IMG/VR virus record: IMGVR_UViG_3300015371_000028 | Span: 2,932 to 66,931 of that record | Origin: a virus | Direction: 5' to 3' (one strand) | Length of the DNA stretch: 64,000 nucleotides | In this document: piece after piece, positions 9,836 through 20,227 of the stretch | How positions within the stretch are numbered: the stretch's first letter is position 1 | Layout of the letters: the number at the start of each line of letters is the position of its first letter | Made by a program: the position numbers and the translations under genes | Notes under the pieces: model-generated | Seen by the model: the letters and a program-made list of their open reading frames with translations, nothing else | What the model was told of the DNA's origin: nothing | The model's database searches: none

Positions 9836-10359
9836 GTGATCTGTTTCGTCACCTTTACGATTACCTGGCGAGCGATACGGTCTTGGTCGGTACGCAAACC
9901 AGTCCGCCGACCGGTCCCTTTTCTGGTGTGTTGACCGGTGGCTTGTGGCGTCGTCCCATCAAACGCTCGTCCGATCCGACCGTGCCCAGCGCAGGCAGTA
10001 CCCCCGGTGCCTTCGGGGGTGAAGGAGCGGAAGCTGGCCGAATTCGCTACGTCGCGACTCTGCTCGATGAGGGCGAACGCACGCACGTCCAAGAATTCGC
10101 GATTCCGACCGCGATGCTGTACACCTTTTGGGTGATGTTCTACGCTCCGGCGCACGATGCGGGAAAAGCGGCAATCAAGAACGCGCAAGAACGGATTTAT
10201 GATCTACTCTATGACTATCGGTTTGTGACCGATAATGGGCCGCTGGCGCGTGTCTTCTATGACGGCAACAGCGGGATCGCAGACTCCGAAGAATTCATCG
10301 GCGCGGTGTCTGATTTCTGTCGGTATCAGGTGGTCTATCGCAAACGGGAGATGGCGTAA
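9832..10359 (+). CDS. Putative tail terminator
   Basis: Position; LYDYLASD N-terminus. Confidence 0.55.
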   Translation: MSDLFRHLYDYLASDTVLVGTQTSPPTGPFSGVLTGGLWRRPIKRSSDPTVPSAGSTPGAFGGEGAEAGRIRYVATLLDEGERTHVQEFAIPTAMLYTFWVMFYAPAHDAGKAAIKNAQERIYDLLYDYRFVTDNGPLARVFYDGNSGIADSEEFIGAVSDFCRYQVVYRKREMA

Positions 10360-10595
10360 TGAGCGACAAGTTCAAAACCGAAGACGACGACGATGTGAAG
10401 CAGGCGCTCGATGAGGGGAAACCGATGCCTCCCGGCACGATTTATTCCCCCTATAACCGGGAAGCGACCGGCAGTCCGCTCCCCGAAGGGATGACGGGCG
10501 ACGAGTTCGCGAAGCAAGCACGCGGTTGGGATGAGCCGACCAAAGCGAAGACGGCCAAAGAGACGAAAGCAACGACCGCGAAGGCGGACTCCTAG
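10359..10595 (+). CDS. Hypothetical protein
   Basis: TAATG translational coupling. Confidence 0.6.
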   Translation: MSDKFKTEDDDDVKQALDEGKPMPPGTIYSPYNREATGSPLPEGMTGDEFAKQARGWDEPTKAKTAKETKATTAKADS

Positions 10596-10597
10596 GT

Positions 10598-11008
10598 ATG
10601 GGCACCCGGTTGCTGAAGTGGCTCGGTGATCCTCCGGCGCTCGACGCGGACAATCTGTGGACGGTGCCGGATTGGAGCTACGAGAACCGGCGACAGATCG
10701 CATTGCCGGGGATTTCCTCCTGCATTGTGACGCCGACCAATATCAAGGGATTGTCGCGGAGCTATCTCTGGGACAAAGACCTGCCGAATTACTTGTTGGA
10801 AGTCGATGAGGGTGACGCGCTGCTCATCCTCGCGGCGGTGCCGCATCAGTTTCGGGATGTGACCAATAATCCCTATCCCGAATTTGTGAAGCACGAGCCG
10901 ATCTATATCCGGCGAAACAAAGTCACCGGTAAGAAAGAAATCGTGAAACCCGATACCAAGCACGGCGAATTCCGCGAACGTGTTGAGGTCAGCCGGGTTG
11001 ACTTCTGA
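10598..11008 (+). CDS. Hypothetical protein
   Basis: Tight operon spacing. Confidence 0.6.
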   Translation: MGTRLLKWLGDPPALDADNLWTVPDWSYENRRQIALPGISSCIVTPTNIKGLSRSYLWDKDLPNYLLEVDEGDALLILAAVPHQFRDVTNNPYPEFVKHEPIYIRRNKVTGKKEIVKPDTKHGEFRERVEVSRVDF

Positions 11009-11228
11009 GGCGCGATTGCGCTGTCCGAGCACAACGGTCGGTATCGCAGTCGCCGCCTCCGGCACCTTCCGGGTTCGCTGTAAAGGCAAATTTTGTAAGG
11101 CTCCCGACGGGAAAGTGACCTTTCACATCTTCGACCTCGCAACCGGCATCCTGCTCCGGACCGAGCATGTGCCATACCGTGATCCTAGCGAGCTTCTAGG
11201 ATTGACTCAGGTCAAGGAGAGTGCCTAA
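10998..11228 (+). CDS. Small Cys/His protein, distant Com-like
   Basis: TTG start after GAGG; LRCP..RVRCKGKFC..FHIFDLATG; coupled to the major tail gene. Confidence 0.6.
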   Translation: MTSEARLRCPSTTVGIAVAASGTFRVRCKGKFCKAPDGKVTFHIFDLATGILLRTEHVPYRDPSELLGLTQVKESA

Positions 11229-11773
11229 TGGCAGCAGTACCGTACGGCGAGCTTCCGTTTGGAATACGTGATTGCAAAATCACGCCGTGGACCAACTCGA
11301 CGACGCTCGGCGCATTTGCCGATCTTCCCCGTATTCGCTCGATTGAAGTCAATGTAACTCGTGACAGTGCCGATCTGGACGGCGATGATGTCCGGATCGC
11401 GACCCATTCGTTCGGCAAGGCCGTTGAAGGGTCGATTGAAGCAGGCGGCATCAACTTGACCGCGCTGGTCGCGCTCGCGGGCGGGACCGCTGGACCGGAA
11501 GTGCCCGGTCCCCCGAAAACCACGACCTACATCGTGCAGGGCAATGATGTCGAAGGCTATTGCAAGATCGAAGGGCAGATGGTCTCCGACGATAAAGGCG
11601 ACCTCCACATCATCGTGTGGCGCGCGAAAGTGACCAATGGTCCCAACCACACCTTCAGCAACGGCGAGTACGCACTCACGTCATGCGATTACGTCGGGGT
11701 CTACGACGCCTCGGTGACACCGAGCCGACTCTACTCGCTCGTCCAGACCGATGCGGTCACGGCAATCACCTAA
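11228..11773 (+). CDS. Major tail protein
   Basis: LPFGIRDCKITP, LDGDD and GDLHIIVWRAK motifs; precedes the chaperone and tape measure genes. Confidence 0.85.
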   Translation: MAAVPYGELPFGIRDCKITPWTNSTTLGAFADLPRIRSIEVNVTRDSADLDGDDVRIATHSFGKAVEGSIEAGGINLTALVALAGGTAGPEVPGPPKTTTYIVQGNDVEGYCKIEGQMVSDDKGDLHIIVWRAKVTNGPNHTFSNGEYALTSCDYVGVYDASVTPSRLYSLVQTDAVTAIT

Positions 11774-11778
11774 ACCGT

Positions 11779-11807
11779 TTGACGCAATGTTAAACGTATG
11801 TTAAAAT
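11779..11807 (+). promoter_or_regulatory. Sigma70-like promoter
   Basis: TTGACG-17 nt-TAAAAT with an extended -10 TG. Confidence 0.55.
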
Positions 11808-11861
11808 TACAATAGTCGCATGAGCGACCCTCATGCGTAGCCCGTAGTGAAGGGGCGTGCA

Positions 11862-12635
11862 ATGGTCGAAGAACCGGTCCGTGGTGCGGCGTCGAGGAGT
11901 GTGACTCCTGACGCCGACATCATTTCCGCCTGGCAGTCCGATTTCGACTCGCTCAAAGCAGGCATCGGTACGGTCGGCAAAGTCGAACTCACCCTTCCCA
12001 CCGGCAAAACGATCAAAGCAATGCGGCTCCCCCTGGTGATGATGATGCAGCAGGGATTGATTCCTGATGCGCTGAGCCTGATGGTGAGTCAGTTCATCGA
12101 AGGGATCGAGGGCGGCGATCCCGCGAAATTGGAAGCCGCGATCCGGCAATCCCTGGAAGAAGGGGATGTGATCGCGAATGCCCAGCGCTTGATCGGCATG
12201 CTCAATTTCGTCTGCGTCAACTGCATTGTGACGCCGCGCTTTGTGATGGAGCAAAGCGAGGCGAAGCCCGAAGAAGGCATCTTCTGGATCGCGCAGATGA
12301 ATTTCTATGACAAGCAATATGTCTTCCAGTGGGCACAGGGGGTGGACCAGTCGGTCCAAGCCTTTCTTCACGAACAGATTGATGCTGTGGGAGCTGCATC
12401 TCATGGCGAAGGAGTACGGCCAACCGCCGAGCAGCTTCTTGCTTCCGGCGACGCCAGCGAATTCCTGGTTCTCATGGCAGATCAATCGCGCGGTGTGGCG
12501 ATGGGGTCGATACGTCCAAGGGAAGATCGACGAGATGATCGAAGTTCCCGCGCCGAAGAGCAAGAAGCAACCAACGATGCGGGTGCCGAAGCACAATCCG
12601 GAACAGATATGGGCACTTCTCACGCAGCCGATTGA
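11862..12635 (+). CDS. Tail assembly chaperone (gpG-like)
   Basis: Between major tail and tape measure; overlapped by a second coding-like frame. Confidence 0.7.
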   Translation: MVEEPVRGAASRSVTPDADIISAWQSDFDSLKAGIGTVGKVELTLPTGKTIKAMRLPLVMMMQQGLIPDALSLMVSQFIEGIEGGDPAKLEAAIRQSLEEGDVIANAQRLIGMLNFVCVNCIVTPRFVMEQSEAKPEEGIFWIAQMNFYDKQYVFQWAQGVDQSVQAFLHEQIDAVGAASHGEGVRPTAEQLLASGDASEFLVLMADQSRGVAMGSIRPREDRRDDRSSRAEEQEATNDAGAEAQSGTDMGTSHAAD

Positions 12636-12741
12636 TGAGATCGGCCAGGGTGCATCGTCCAATGGCAGGAAAGACGGGATCAGCTTGGAGGGACTGGTCT
12701 ACGACGAGCATGAAGGTTGGCAGCAGATCGGCCCATCATGA
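12364..12741 (+). CDS. Tail assembly chaperone frameshift extension (gpT-like)
   Basis: +1 frame reads FFTNRLMLWELHLMAKEYGQPPS..; begins at GCC-TTT-C (12360-12366). Confidence 0.6.
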   Translation, partial: FFTNRLMLWELHLMAKEYGQPPSSFLLPATPANSWFSWQINRAVWRWGRYVQGKIDEMIEVPAPKSKKQPTMRVPKHNPEQIWALLTQPIDEIGQGASSNGRKDGISLEGLVYDEHEGWQQIGPS

Positions 12742-12753
12742 GGGAGGCAACAC

Positions 12754-13392
12754 ATGATTCGGGCACTCCTCGTCGCCGTGATCGTGGTCTGTGCGTTGGG
12801 GGTCTTCGCGCGACCGCAGGAAGCGTCGGCACATCGTGGAACGTATCGAGTCAATGGGGCTTTGGGACTCAATCTCCGAACTGGTCCGGGTGGGAATTAT
12901 GCCCGGATCGAGACAATGGCGAATGGTACTTATGTCAAGGCGCGTGGTCACAGTGGAAATTGGATGTATCTCACGTCCTATGCCACTGGACACACGGGTT
13001 GGGCATGGCTGGCGTATCTGGTGCCAGCAGGAGGCACGAGTACCAGCGCCCCCGCAACGGGAGGCGGAGCAATTTGCCTCACAAACTATTGGGGCGTCTA
13101 TGTCTGTAGCTCGAACGACGTTGGCAACGCGATCAGATATTGGGCGGCGCAGTACGGTTTGGGTTGGTGGAACCTGGCAGCCACCGCTGCGTGTGAATCA
13201 GATTTCTTGCCTGGAGCGTATAACGGTTTGACCGGAGTTTCAGGCATTTTCCAGTTTTTACCGTCAACATTTTACGCCTATGGTGGCGTTAGCCTCTGGG
13301 ATTACTGGGATCAATCCAGAGTGGCTGCGAAAATGTTCTCGCAAGGGTTGGCCTACCACTGGCATTGCGCCAGGTTGTTAGGGATCGCGTAG
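12754..13392 (+). CDS. Secreted SH3b + lysozyme-like transglycosylase protein
   Basis: Signal peptide ending ASA; LNLRTGPG SH3b motif; ACES..GIFQFLPSTF transglycosylase motifs; GGGAGG RBS. Confidence 0.8.
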   Translation: MIRALLVAVIVVCALGVFARPQEASAHRGTYRVNGALGLNLRTGPGGNYARIETMANGTYVKARGHSGNWMYLTSYATGHTGWAWLAYLVPAGGTSTSAPATGGGAICLTNYWGVYVCSSNDVGNAIRYWAAQYGLGWWNLAATAACESDFLPGAYNGLTGVSGIFQFLPSTFYAYGGVSLWDYWDQSRVAAKMFSQGLAYHWHCARLLGIA

Positions 13393-13592
13393 ACGTTGTT
13401 GGTGTGGCAAGGCATGGGGAGGGCGACCGGGCGTCGCCCTCCATTCCCCGACCTGACGTATTGTCATTACGGACATTGGTTGTGTGGCTTCTTTGCGGAA
13501 TGATTAGTCTCTTAGCAGCCGTCGCGCTGGCGGTCGTGATTATCGGACTCTTGTTTCAGTAAGAACCCTTGCTCCCGAAGTAAGGCTCTCCC

Positions 13593-16500
13593 GTGGGATT
13601 CGGCATCGGCGGGACCGGCAACGCTGGCGGCGCGACTGCGTTTCTCTATCTCAATGCGTCCAACTTCTCGCGGGGATTAGCCAAATCTGCGGGTGAGCTT
13701 GACGCATTCTTCAAGAAGGGCGCAGCGTCCGCAGGCGGCGCACCTGGACCGATTGCCCAAGTCACCAGCGCCGCGACGAAGGTCGCTACCTCCGGTCTCG
13801 CGATCATCGGCGTCGCGGCGAAACAGTTCATCGAATTCCAGCAGGCCATGACCAATGCCTTCTCGGTCATGGATGCGTCCGATGCGCAGATCAAAGAGAC
13901 CACCCAAGATGTCCGCGAACTGGCGGTGGAGTTGGGCAAGTCCCCGACCGAACTCGCGGACGGTCTCTACGAAATTGCCCAAGCAGGATTTCAAGCGTCG
14001 GAAGCGACGCAGATTCTCAATGTCGCAGGCAAAGCAGCGACCGCTGGTCTGACGACGGTTGAGTCTGCCGCGAAACCGCTGATCGCGGTGTTGAACGGGT
14101 ACGGGTTAGCCGCGTCCGATGCGACGACCGTCTCCGACAAACTCTTCGTCGGCGTCACCCAAGGTATCTTCACCTTTGAGGAACTGGCGTCGCAGATCGG
14201 TGACAACGTTCCCCTGGCACACGCGCTCGGCGTGTCGCTTGATGATCTGATTACCAGTTACATCGTTCTCACCAAACAAGGCAACTCCCTCTCCGAATCG
14301 ACCACCCAACTCAACGGCGTCATGAACGCGCTGTTGAAGCCATCGGACAAGCTGATCGGCTTGTTGCATCAGATGGGGTTCGAGTCGGGCGAAGACATCC
14401 TCAAACAAAAGGGTCTGATCGGCACCGTTCGCGCCTTGCAACAGGAGTTTGGTCTGACCAACGATCAGTTGGCGGAACTTTTCCCCAACATTCGTGGTCT
14501 ACGCGGTGAAATCGGCCTCCTCAATGTTTCGGAAGCGGACCTCTTGGATACCCAAGAACAGGTCGCGAACTCCGCAGGCAAAACCGAAGAGGTCTTCAAG
14601 AAACAAACCCAGACGGTTGCCTTCCAGTTGAAGGTCGTGCGCGAGCAGGTCCGGGGAGCCGCGATTGATCTGGGTGCGGGGTTCGCGCCGGTGCTGGCCA
14701 AGGTCGCGACGGAAGTCGGGAAAGCAGCGCAGGCATTCAGCAACCTCTCCCCAGCGATCCGTGGCACGGTGTCGAGCGTCGTGCTTGGTGTTACCGGCAT
14801 CGCGAGCCTGCTGGTCGTCGTCGTCAAAGTCACGTCTTCCTTCATCGAAGCGGCTCGTGCGGTCAAGGCATTCACCTTCGCGATGCAAATCTCGAAGTGG
14901 GAAGCTGCGGCCAGCATTCTTGGTCTGATCGCGATTGCGATTGGCGTCTTAGTTGAGCGACACATGCGCTCCGCACGGGCGGCCCAAGAGCATGAAGATA
15001 AGGTCAAGGCACTCAACGAGGAATACATCAAGCTCGGTGATATTGTCAGCGGCCTGCGCCTTGACAAGCTCTTCAAGGAAGCGAACGCGGTCGCGGGGAC
15101 GATGGCGCAAATCCAGGGGACGCAAGCGAGCCAGAACAAGGTCTTCGCGGATGGCGTCGCGCAGATCGCTAAGTATCAAGAACAACTGCGTGAGTTCGGC
15201 ACGATTTCGCCCGTCACCGGCGAACTGGAAATCTTCCCTGGTCTTCCTGCCGACAGCTTAGCCAAAGCGCGGAACATCCAGAACGAACTGAAGAATCTGC
15301 AAAACACCGTCTACGGTCTCGGTGATGCCGATGGAGTGGCGACGGCTGCGACCGGGCTCCTGACCAAAGCGGCCCAAGATCAGCGGGTTGACATCATTAA
15401 GGTCGCTGAAGGCATCGACGCGCTGCTGACTTCCTACAAAGCGCACCTGATCACGGGGCCACAGATCATTGACATGTTCGCGCAAATGGGGGGCACCCTC
15501 GAAAACTACGCGCTCGATACGACGGAAGCAACGGAAGCAGAGCAGGCCAAGAAACTCGCGGATGAAGCGCTCGCCAAACAACAGGCTGACCTGCAAACCT
15601 CGACCGATGAACTGATCGCGTCCACCCTCGACGAAATTCGGGGCTTCAAAGACCTGGTGCCGTGGATGTCCGGGGTGCAGAGCGGTCTCACCCGGATAGG
15701 CGACACCGCCGCCAAAGTCGCGAATCGCATGGCGCGGCAGAAGCTTGGCGGCATTCTCGATCCCGAAGATATGAAGCCGGGTATTTTCAGTGCGCTCCAA
15801 CTCTTGCGCGCGCAAGAAAAAGCGTACGCCCAACTCACCAAAACCGATGATGCGATCAGCCAGAACGCGGACGACATCTCGATGTGGAGCGGGCGGATCG
15901 ACACCGTTACCGATCTGCTCGGTTTCAACACCGACACCCTGACCGAGTGGCGACGCGAACTCGATGCGGGTGAAATCAACCAACAACAGTTCAATGCGGC
16001 AGTCGAAGCCGGGTTCCGGGTCGAAGGGGCGTTGCCCAAACTTGATCGTCTGCGCGAACAAGGCCGGATCACGCGTGAGCAATACAACGATGCGGTCGAA
16101 GCAGGCATCTACCTGACTGAACGGAGTGTGGGCGGCATTCTCGATGAGGAAGCGGCAACCGCAAAGCTGCTCCCTGACTTGGCAAAGTACGTCGAGCTAG
16201 CCGACAAGCGCAATCAGGACATTAAAGACGCAACTCCGCAGCAGCGCCAGTTCATCGCGATGATGAAGACCGAGGGCGCACAAACCGCGATCAACACGCT
16301 GCAACAACTCTCCTACCTCGCGGCGATTGGCGCGATTCCGAAAGAGAAAGTCACCAAGTTCATTGCCGACACCGCTGCGCTCGACCCGGCAATGGAACAA
16401 CTCTTCAAAGACCTGGGTCTGATCGACGAAAAAGGCCATGTCGTCAAGTTTGATGTCGATGAAACCGACTTGACCGATGCGATCAATCGGCTGAACACCA

Positions 16501-17651
16501 GCATCCTGACGCTGCCGACCCTGTTCGGGTATCCGGACATGTCAGACATCGAGAAGGCGCGTGAGGATGCGAAGAAGAAGCCGGTCATCATTCCGAGCCA
16601 GATCGAACCACCGAAGGGGTCCGGTCAGACGAGTGGTCCAGGCGGTCAGGGCGGCAATGTCGCGCCCCCGCCGAGCGATACGACCCCGGCTCCAGTCCAG
16701 CAAATTCCGCCGGTCATTGCGACCACGGTCAAGGTTACGCTCTCGGCGGAAGACACCGCTGCATTGGACCATCTCTATGGCCAGGTCACGAACTGGGTGG
16801 ATTTCGTCACGACGACCTTCGTCTTCAACGGTGGCGGTGAGATCAAAGAAGTCAATGATCTCGACATTAAGCTCGGCAACTGGGACGAGAACAACGCCAC
16901 CGTCGATACGACGTTCAATTTCACCACTGATACCGAGTTCACGACGACGTTCGATAGCCTGACGACCGAAGGTCATGCGGCCCAAGCGAATCTCGACATT
17001 TTGGTGGGAACGCTGCGGGAGAGCTTCGTTGCGATTGCAACGGACGCGTCGAACCTTGGCCTGGCGGCGGGGTCTGGTTTCAAGACCAACTTCACCAGTG
17101 GGGTCGATGGCGCGTCCGTGGTCATGAATGCGGAAGCGGGTGAGATTCGGGGCCAAGCATCGTTCGACCTGTTCAATGAAGGGTTTAATACCGGTCTCTC
17201 GTACGGCGTGGGACTATCCGCTGGTCTCTATTCCCAACTCGGTGCGGTGCAAACAGCGGCGGCAGCGCTGACGGCGGCGGCGCACAGTGCCGCTCAACAA
17301 GAGATTTCGGTACATTCTCCCTCACGAGCATCGTTCTACACCGGAGAGATGTTTGGCGAGGGGTTGATTCAAGGAATGGCTTCTCGCGAACGTGAATTGG
17401 CGTTGCAGTCCGCCTCGCTGGGGAACGCGATGAAATCCGGTCTTTACGGGACGCTCGGTCTCGTCGGGGGCGCAGGTGCAACCGCGACCATCAACTCGGT
17501 CGTGAGCGGCGGCGCACGTCCACAATTGGTGGTGCAGCAGCACAACTACGCCCTCTCTGCGAGTGACATGCAAAAGCTCTTGGGTGAGGCAACGACCGGT
17601 GCGGATTTCGCGCGTTCGTTGACGCACGAACTTGACGTACGACGAGGATAG
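13593..17651 (+). CDS. Tape measure protein
   Basis: 1352 aa, Ala-rich helical; TP901-type core (ELADGLYEIAQAG); VHSPSR near the C-terminus. Confidence 0.9.
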   Translation: MGFGIGGTGNAGGATAFLYLNASNFSRGLAKSAGELDAFFKKGAASAGGAPGPIAQVTSAATKVATSGLAIIGVAAKQFIEFQQAMTNAFSVMDASDAQIKETTQDVRELAVELGKSPTELADGLYEIAQAGFQASEATQILNVAGKAATAGLTTVESAAKPLIAVLNGYGLAASDATTVSDKLFVGVTQGIFTFEELASQIGDNVPLAHALGVSLDDLITSYIVLTKQGNSLSESTTQLNGVMNALLKPSDKLIGLLHQMGFESGEDILKQKGLIGTVRALQQEFGLTNDQLAELFPNIRGLRGEIGLLNVSEADLLDTQEQVANSAGKTEEVFKKQTQTVAFQLKVVREQVRGAAIDLGAGFAPVLAKVATEVGKAAQAFSNLSPAIRGTVSSVVLGVTGIASLLVVVVKVTSSFIEAARAVKAFTFAMQISKWEAAASILGLIAIAIGVLVERHMRSARAAQEHEDKVKALNEEYIKLGDIVSGLRLDKLFKEANAVAGTMAQIQGTQASQNKVFADGVAQIAKYQEQLREFGTISPVTGELEIFPGLPADSLAKARNIQNELKNLQNTVYGLGDADGVATAATGLLTKAAQDQRVDIIKVAEGIDALLTSYKAHLITGPQIIDMFAQMGGTLENYALDTTEATEAEQAKKLADEALAKQQADLQTSTDELIASTLDEIRGFKDLVPWMSGVQSGLTRIGDTAAKVANRMARQKLGGILDPEDMKPGIFSALQLLRAQEKAYAQLTKTDDAISQNADDISMWSGRIDTVTDLLGFNTDTLTEWRRELDAGEINQQQFNAAVEAGFRVEGALPKLDRLREQGRITREQYNDAVEAGIYLTERSVGGILDEEAATAKLLPDLAKYVELADKRNQDIKDATPQQRQFIAMMKTEGAQTAINTLQQLSYLAAIGAIPKEKVTKFIADTAALDPAMEQLFKDLGLIDEKGHVVKFDVDETDLTDAINRLNTSILTLPTLFGYPDMSDIEKAREDAKKKPVIIPSQIEPPKGSGQTSGPGGQGGNVAPPPSDTTPAPVQQIPPVIATTVKVTLSAEDTAALDHLYGQVTNWVDFVTTTFVFNGGGEIKEVNDLDIKLGNWDENNATVDTTFNFTTDTEFTTTFDSLTTEGHAAQANLDILVGTLRESFVAIATDASNLGLAAGSGFKTNFTSGVDGASVVMNAEAGEIRGQASFDLFNEGFNTGLSYGVGLSAGLYSQLGAVQTAAAALTAAAHSAAQQEISVHSPSRASFYTGEMFGEGLIQGMASRERELALQSASLGNAMKSGLYGTLGLVGGAGATATINSVVSGGARPQLVVQQHNYALSASDMQKLLGEATTGADFARSLTHELDVRRG

Positions 17652-20227
17652 TGATGGCAGGTACCGCAAACCAGATCATCGGCAATAAACCATCGACGCG
17701 GGACAGCGATTTCATCAAGCTGGGCACCAACGATGCCATGCGGCTATGCGTGTTCAACCGCGAAACCCGCCCGATGTGGATTCGGGAGATTGGGGCGATT
17801 CTCGGTCGCGCCGGAGCGACTGCGTGCGATTACCGGTTAGTTGCGTATATTTGCGGTACCAGTAGCAGCAAAGAAACTCCACACGTGCGCGCCTGCTATG
17901 TCGGTCTGCGCACGGTCAACAGCGTCATGACGGATAAGGACGGTGGCACCGTCGTCCAGTATCAGATCAGTGTCAGCGACACCGGTCCGCACGCCAGTAA
18001 AGGCGCGCTGATCCCCGCCAACACCTACTACGCGCTGGGTTATGAGCTTGACGCGGGTGGGCCGCTCGGTCATGGCTATCAGAAGTCGTCAACCAGTTAT
18101 GACAACAACGATTTCTATGACATCACTGGGGTTAATCTGCCGCCGACTGCGTTTCCCGGTGATTACAACCACTACGACAAAGGCCACATGTCGGTCTGGG
18201 CGCTGGCGGATGAAAACGAAGCGCCTATGGTGCCAATCAATCGCGCGCCGTCCGGGATCATCACGACCCAGGTGCCGACCTTCCAAGCGACCTTCCGCGA
18301 CAACAACGGTCGCTACCGCTCCAGCACCGATGCCGGTGACGTGGTGTCCAAAATCAACATTCAAGTGCGAAACAATCAGGACACCGCGATTATCTGGAAC
18401 CCAACCTACGATGCCACCGCGACGGAGCAAGCAACCGATGAGATTTCGCGGACCTATACCGGCCCGACGCTCCTCCGTGGTCAAGAATACGCGTGGCGTA
18501 TGCGCTTCCAAGACAGCGCGGGCGAGTGGGGTGAGTATTCCGGCTGGCTCGCAATCCAGCCGTCGCAGACGCAGTATGTGACCCTGACTGCACCGAACGG
18601 CAAGCAGTACACCAAAACACCGACCATCGCCGGTCGCTGGAATTCGTCCTTTCCGTCCGACCAGTATCAGGCGCAACTCTTTGTCGGCGGCAAAATCGTG
18701 GACGATACCAGTATCCGCGCGCTGGTCGTCGCAGCGGGCGCGACCTTCAGCTTTGCCTGGCCCAGCCCCGGATTTCTGCCGCTCGGTTGGGGCATCACCT
18801 ACGATCTGCGGATGCGGATGCACAGCGTTTCTGGCGGTTGGAGCGATTACGCCTCTGTTCCAGGCGGTACCTTTAACACTAATGCGCCGCCGTTGGTCCC
18901 GGATAATCTCTCGCCATCCGGAAACGCGAAACCGAGTACCGCGCCGCTGCTGAAATGTTTGGCGATTGATCCCGACGATCCCGTGGAATCATTGATCGTG
19001 CGCGCCAAACTCTACGATGCGGCGACGAACGTGCAGGTCGGCGCGACTCTGAACATGCCGTACAACCCGTCTACCGGCTATTTTGAGGTTGCGTCTGGTG
19101 TCACGATCAAGAAAGCGTATTACTGGCAAGCGCTCGCCTATGATGGGTATCTCTACTCCGGCGAAGACGCGACGGTGGAAGCGAATGCGAAGCTCAGCCG
19201 CGCGGCCACGTTTACCTTTGTCGATGGTCCTATCGTCACCATCACCAGTCCCACCAACGGTGGCACCATCACCAATAGCGCGACGCCGCTGGTCTGGGTC
19301 TGTTCGACCCAGGCGACCTTCCAGTGGCAGATGTTCCGCACTCGACCGGGGACACCGGAAAAAGCGACGACGCAATTGTTTACGGTCGCCAGTGCAACGA
19401 CCAAGACCTTTACCCCGCCGTCGGGCCTCGCGCGCAAGGGCGATACCGTGCGCTATTACCTGAAGGTGATCGACGGCTCCAATCTCTTCACCGAAATCAG
19501 CACCAGTGTCCTCTTGACCTATGCGCCACCGCCGACGCCGACCAACTTCAGCGCGACCCCGTACAAGGTCAGGTCGGAGCGGCAGCAAACCGCGATTTGG
19601 TTAGCCTGGGATCAGACCGACCAACCAAACTTCATCGCCTATCTCATCTATCGCGATGACAGTCTGGACCCGATTGCCCGGATCGAGAACGCGTTGACGA
19701 CGATCATGGTCGATTACGCCGCCAATTCCGGCGAGAACCACACCTACGAACTGGTGCAGATCGTGCGGTCATCGGACGGGCTGATTGAGAATCCCTCTGA
19801 CCCCGCGACGGCTTCGGCGTACATCAAGTTCAGCGGCATCGTGCTTTACCATGAGAACGATCCCGAAGGCGCGCGCATCGTCCTGGAAGCATGGGATGAG
19901 CGCTCGTCTGATCAATCCGGCAGCGATGTCATCCTCAATCCGTGGAGCGCGAATGCGCCGGTCACGGTGCGCGGTCCTGCGGTCTGGTATCTCTCGCAAC
20001 TGACGCTGCCGTTGATCACGGACGACGCGAGTACGTTCATTCAGAAACGTGACACCGTGATGACCTTGGGTGCCCTTGGCGGACCGCATATCGTCAAGAC
20101 CGGGTACGGCATGGTCCGACGCGTCACGATTCCGAGTGAGCGCGGTGTCTCGATCACCGATGCGCGCAGCGGCTTGATTCGGGTCAGTGTGCAGTTGCGC
20201 GATGAGGCCACGGGGGTCTGGGACTGA
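17651..20227 (+). CDS. Minor tail protein with Ig/FN3-like repeats
   Basis: Follows the tape measure gene; recurring NxAP..P, YAWRMR and YYWQALAYDG beta-sandwich motifs. Confidence 0.7.
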   Translation: MMAGTANQIIGNKPSTRDSDFIKLGTNDAMRLCVFNRETRPMWIREIGAILGRAGATACDYRLVAYICGTSSSKETPHVRACYVGLRTVNSVMTDKDGGTVVQYQISVSDTGPHASKGALIPANTYYALGYELDAGGPLGHGYQKSSTSYDNNDFYDITGVNLPPTAFPGDYNHYDKGHMSVWALADENEAPMVPINRAPSGIITTQVPTFQATFRDNNGRYRSSTDAGDVVSKINIQVRNNQDTAIIWNPTYDATATEQATDEISRTYTGPTLLRGQEYAWRMRFQDSAGEWGEYSGWLAIQPSQTQYVTLTAPNGKQYTKTPTIAGRWNSSFPSDQYQAQLFVGGKIVDDTSIRALVVAAGATFSFAWPSPGFLPLGWGITYDLRMRMHSVSGGWSDYASVPGGTFNTNAPPLVPDNLSPSGNAKPSTAPLLKCLAIDPDDPVESLIVRAKLYDAATNVQVGATLNMPYNPSTGYFEVASGVTIKKAYYWQALAYDGYLYSGEDATVEANAKLSRAATFTFVDGPIVTITSPTNGGTITNSATPLVWVCSTQATFQWQMFRTRPGTPEKATTQLFTVASATTKTFTPPSGLARKGDTVRYYLKVIDGSNLFTEISTSVLLTYAPPPTPTNFSATPYKVRSERQQTAIWLAWDQTDQPNFIAYLIYRDDSLDPIARIENALTTIMVDYAANSGENHTYELVQIVRSSDGLIENPSDPATASAYIKFSGIVLYHENDPEGARIVLEAWDERSSDQSGSDVILNPWSANAPVTVRGPAVWYLSQLTLPLITDDASTFIQKRDTVMTLGALGGPHIVKTGYGMVRRVTIPSERGVSITDARSGLIRVSVQLRDEATGVWD

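Noticed and set aside
13401-13415. Three GGY-NN units (GGTGT GGCAA GGCAT) after the transglycosylase gene
   Set aside because: Too short to distinguish from chance.
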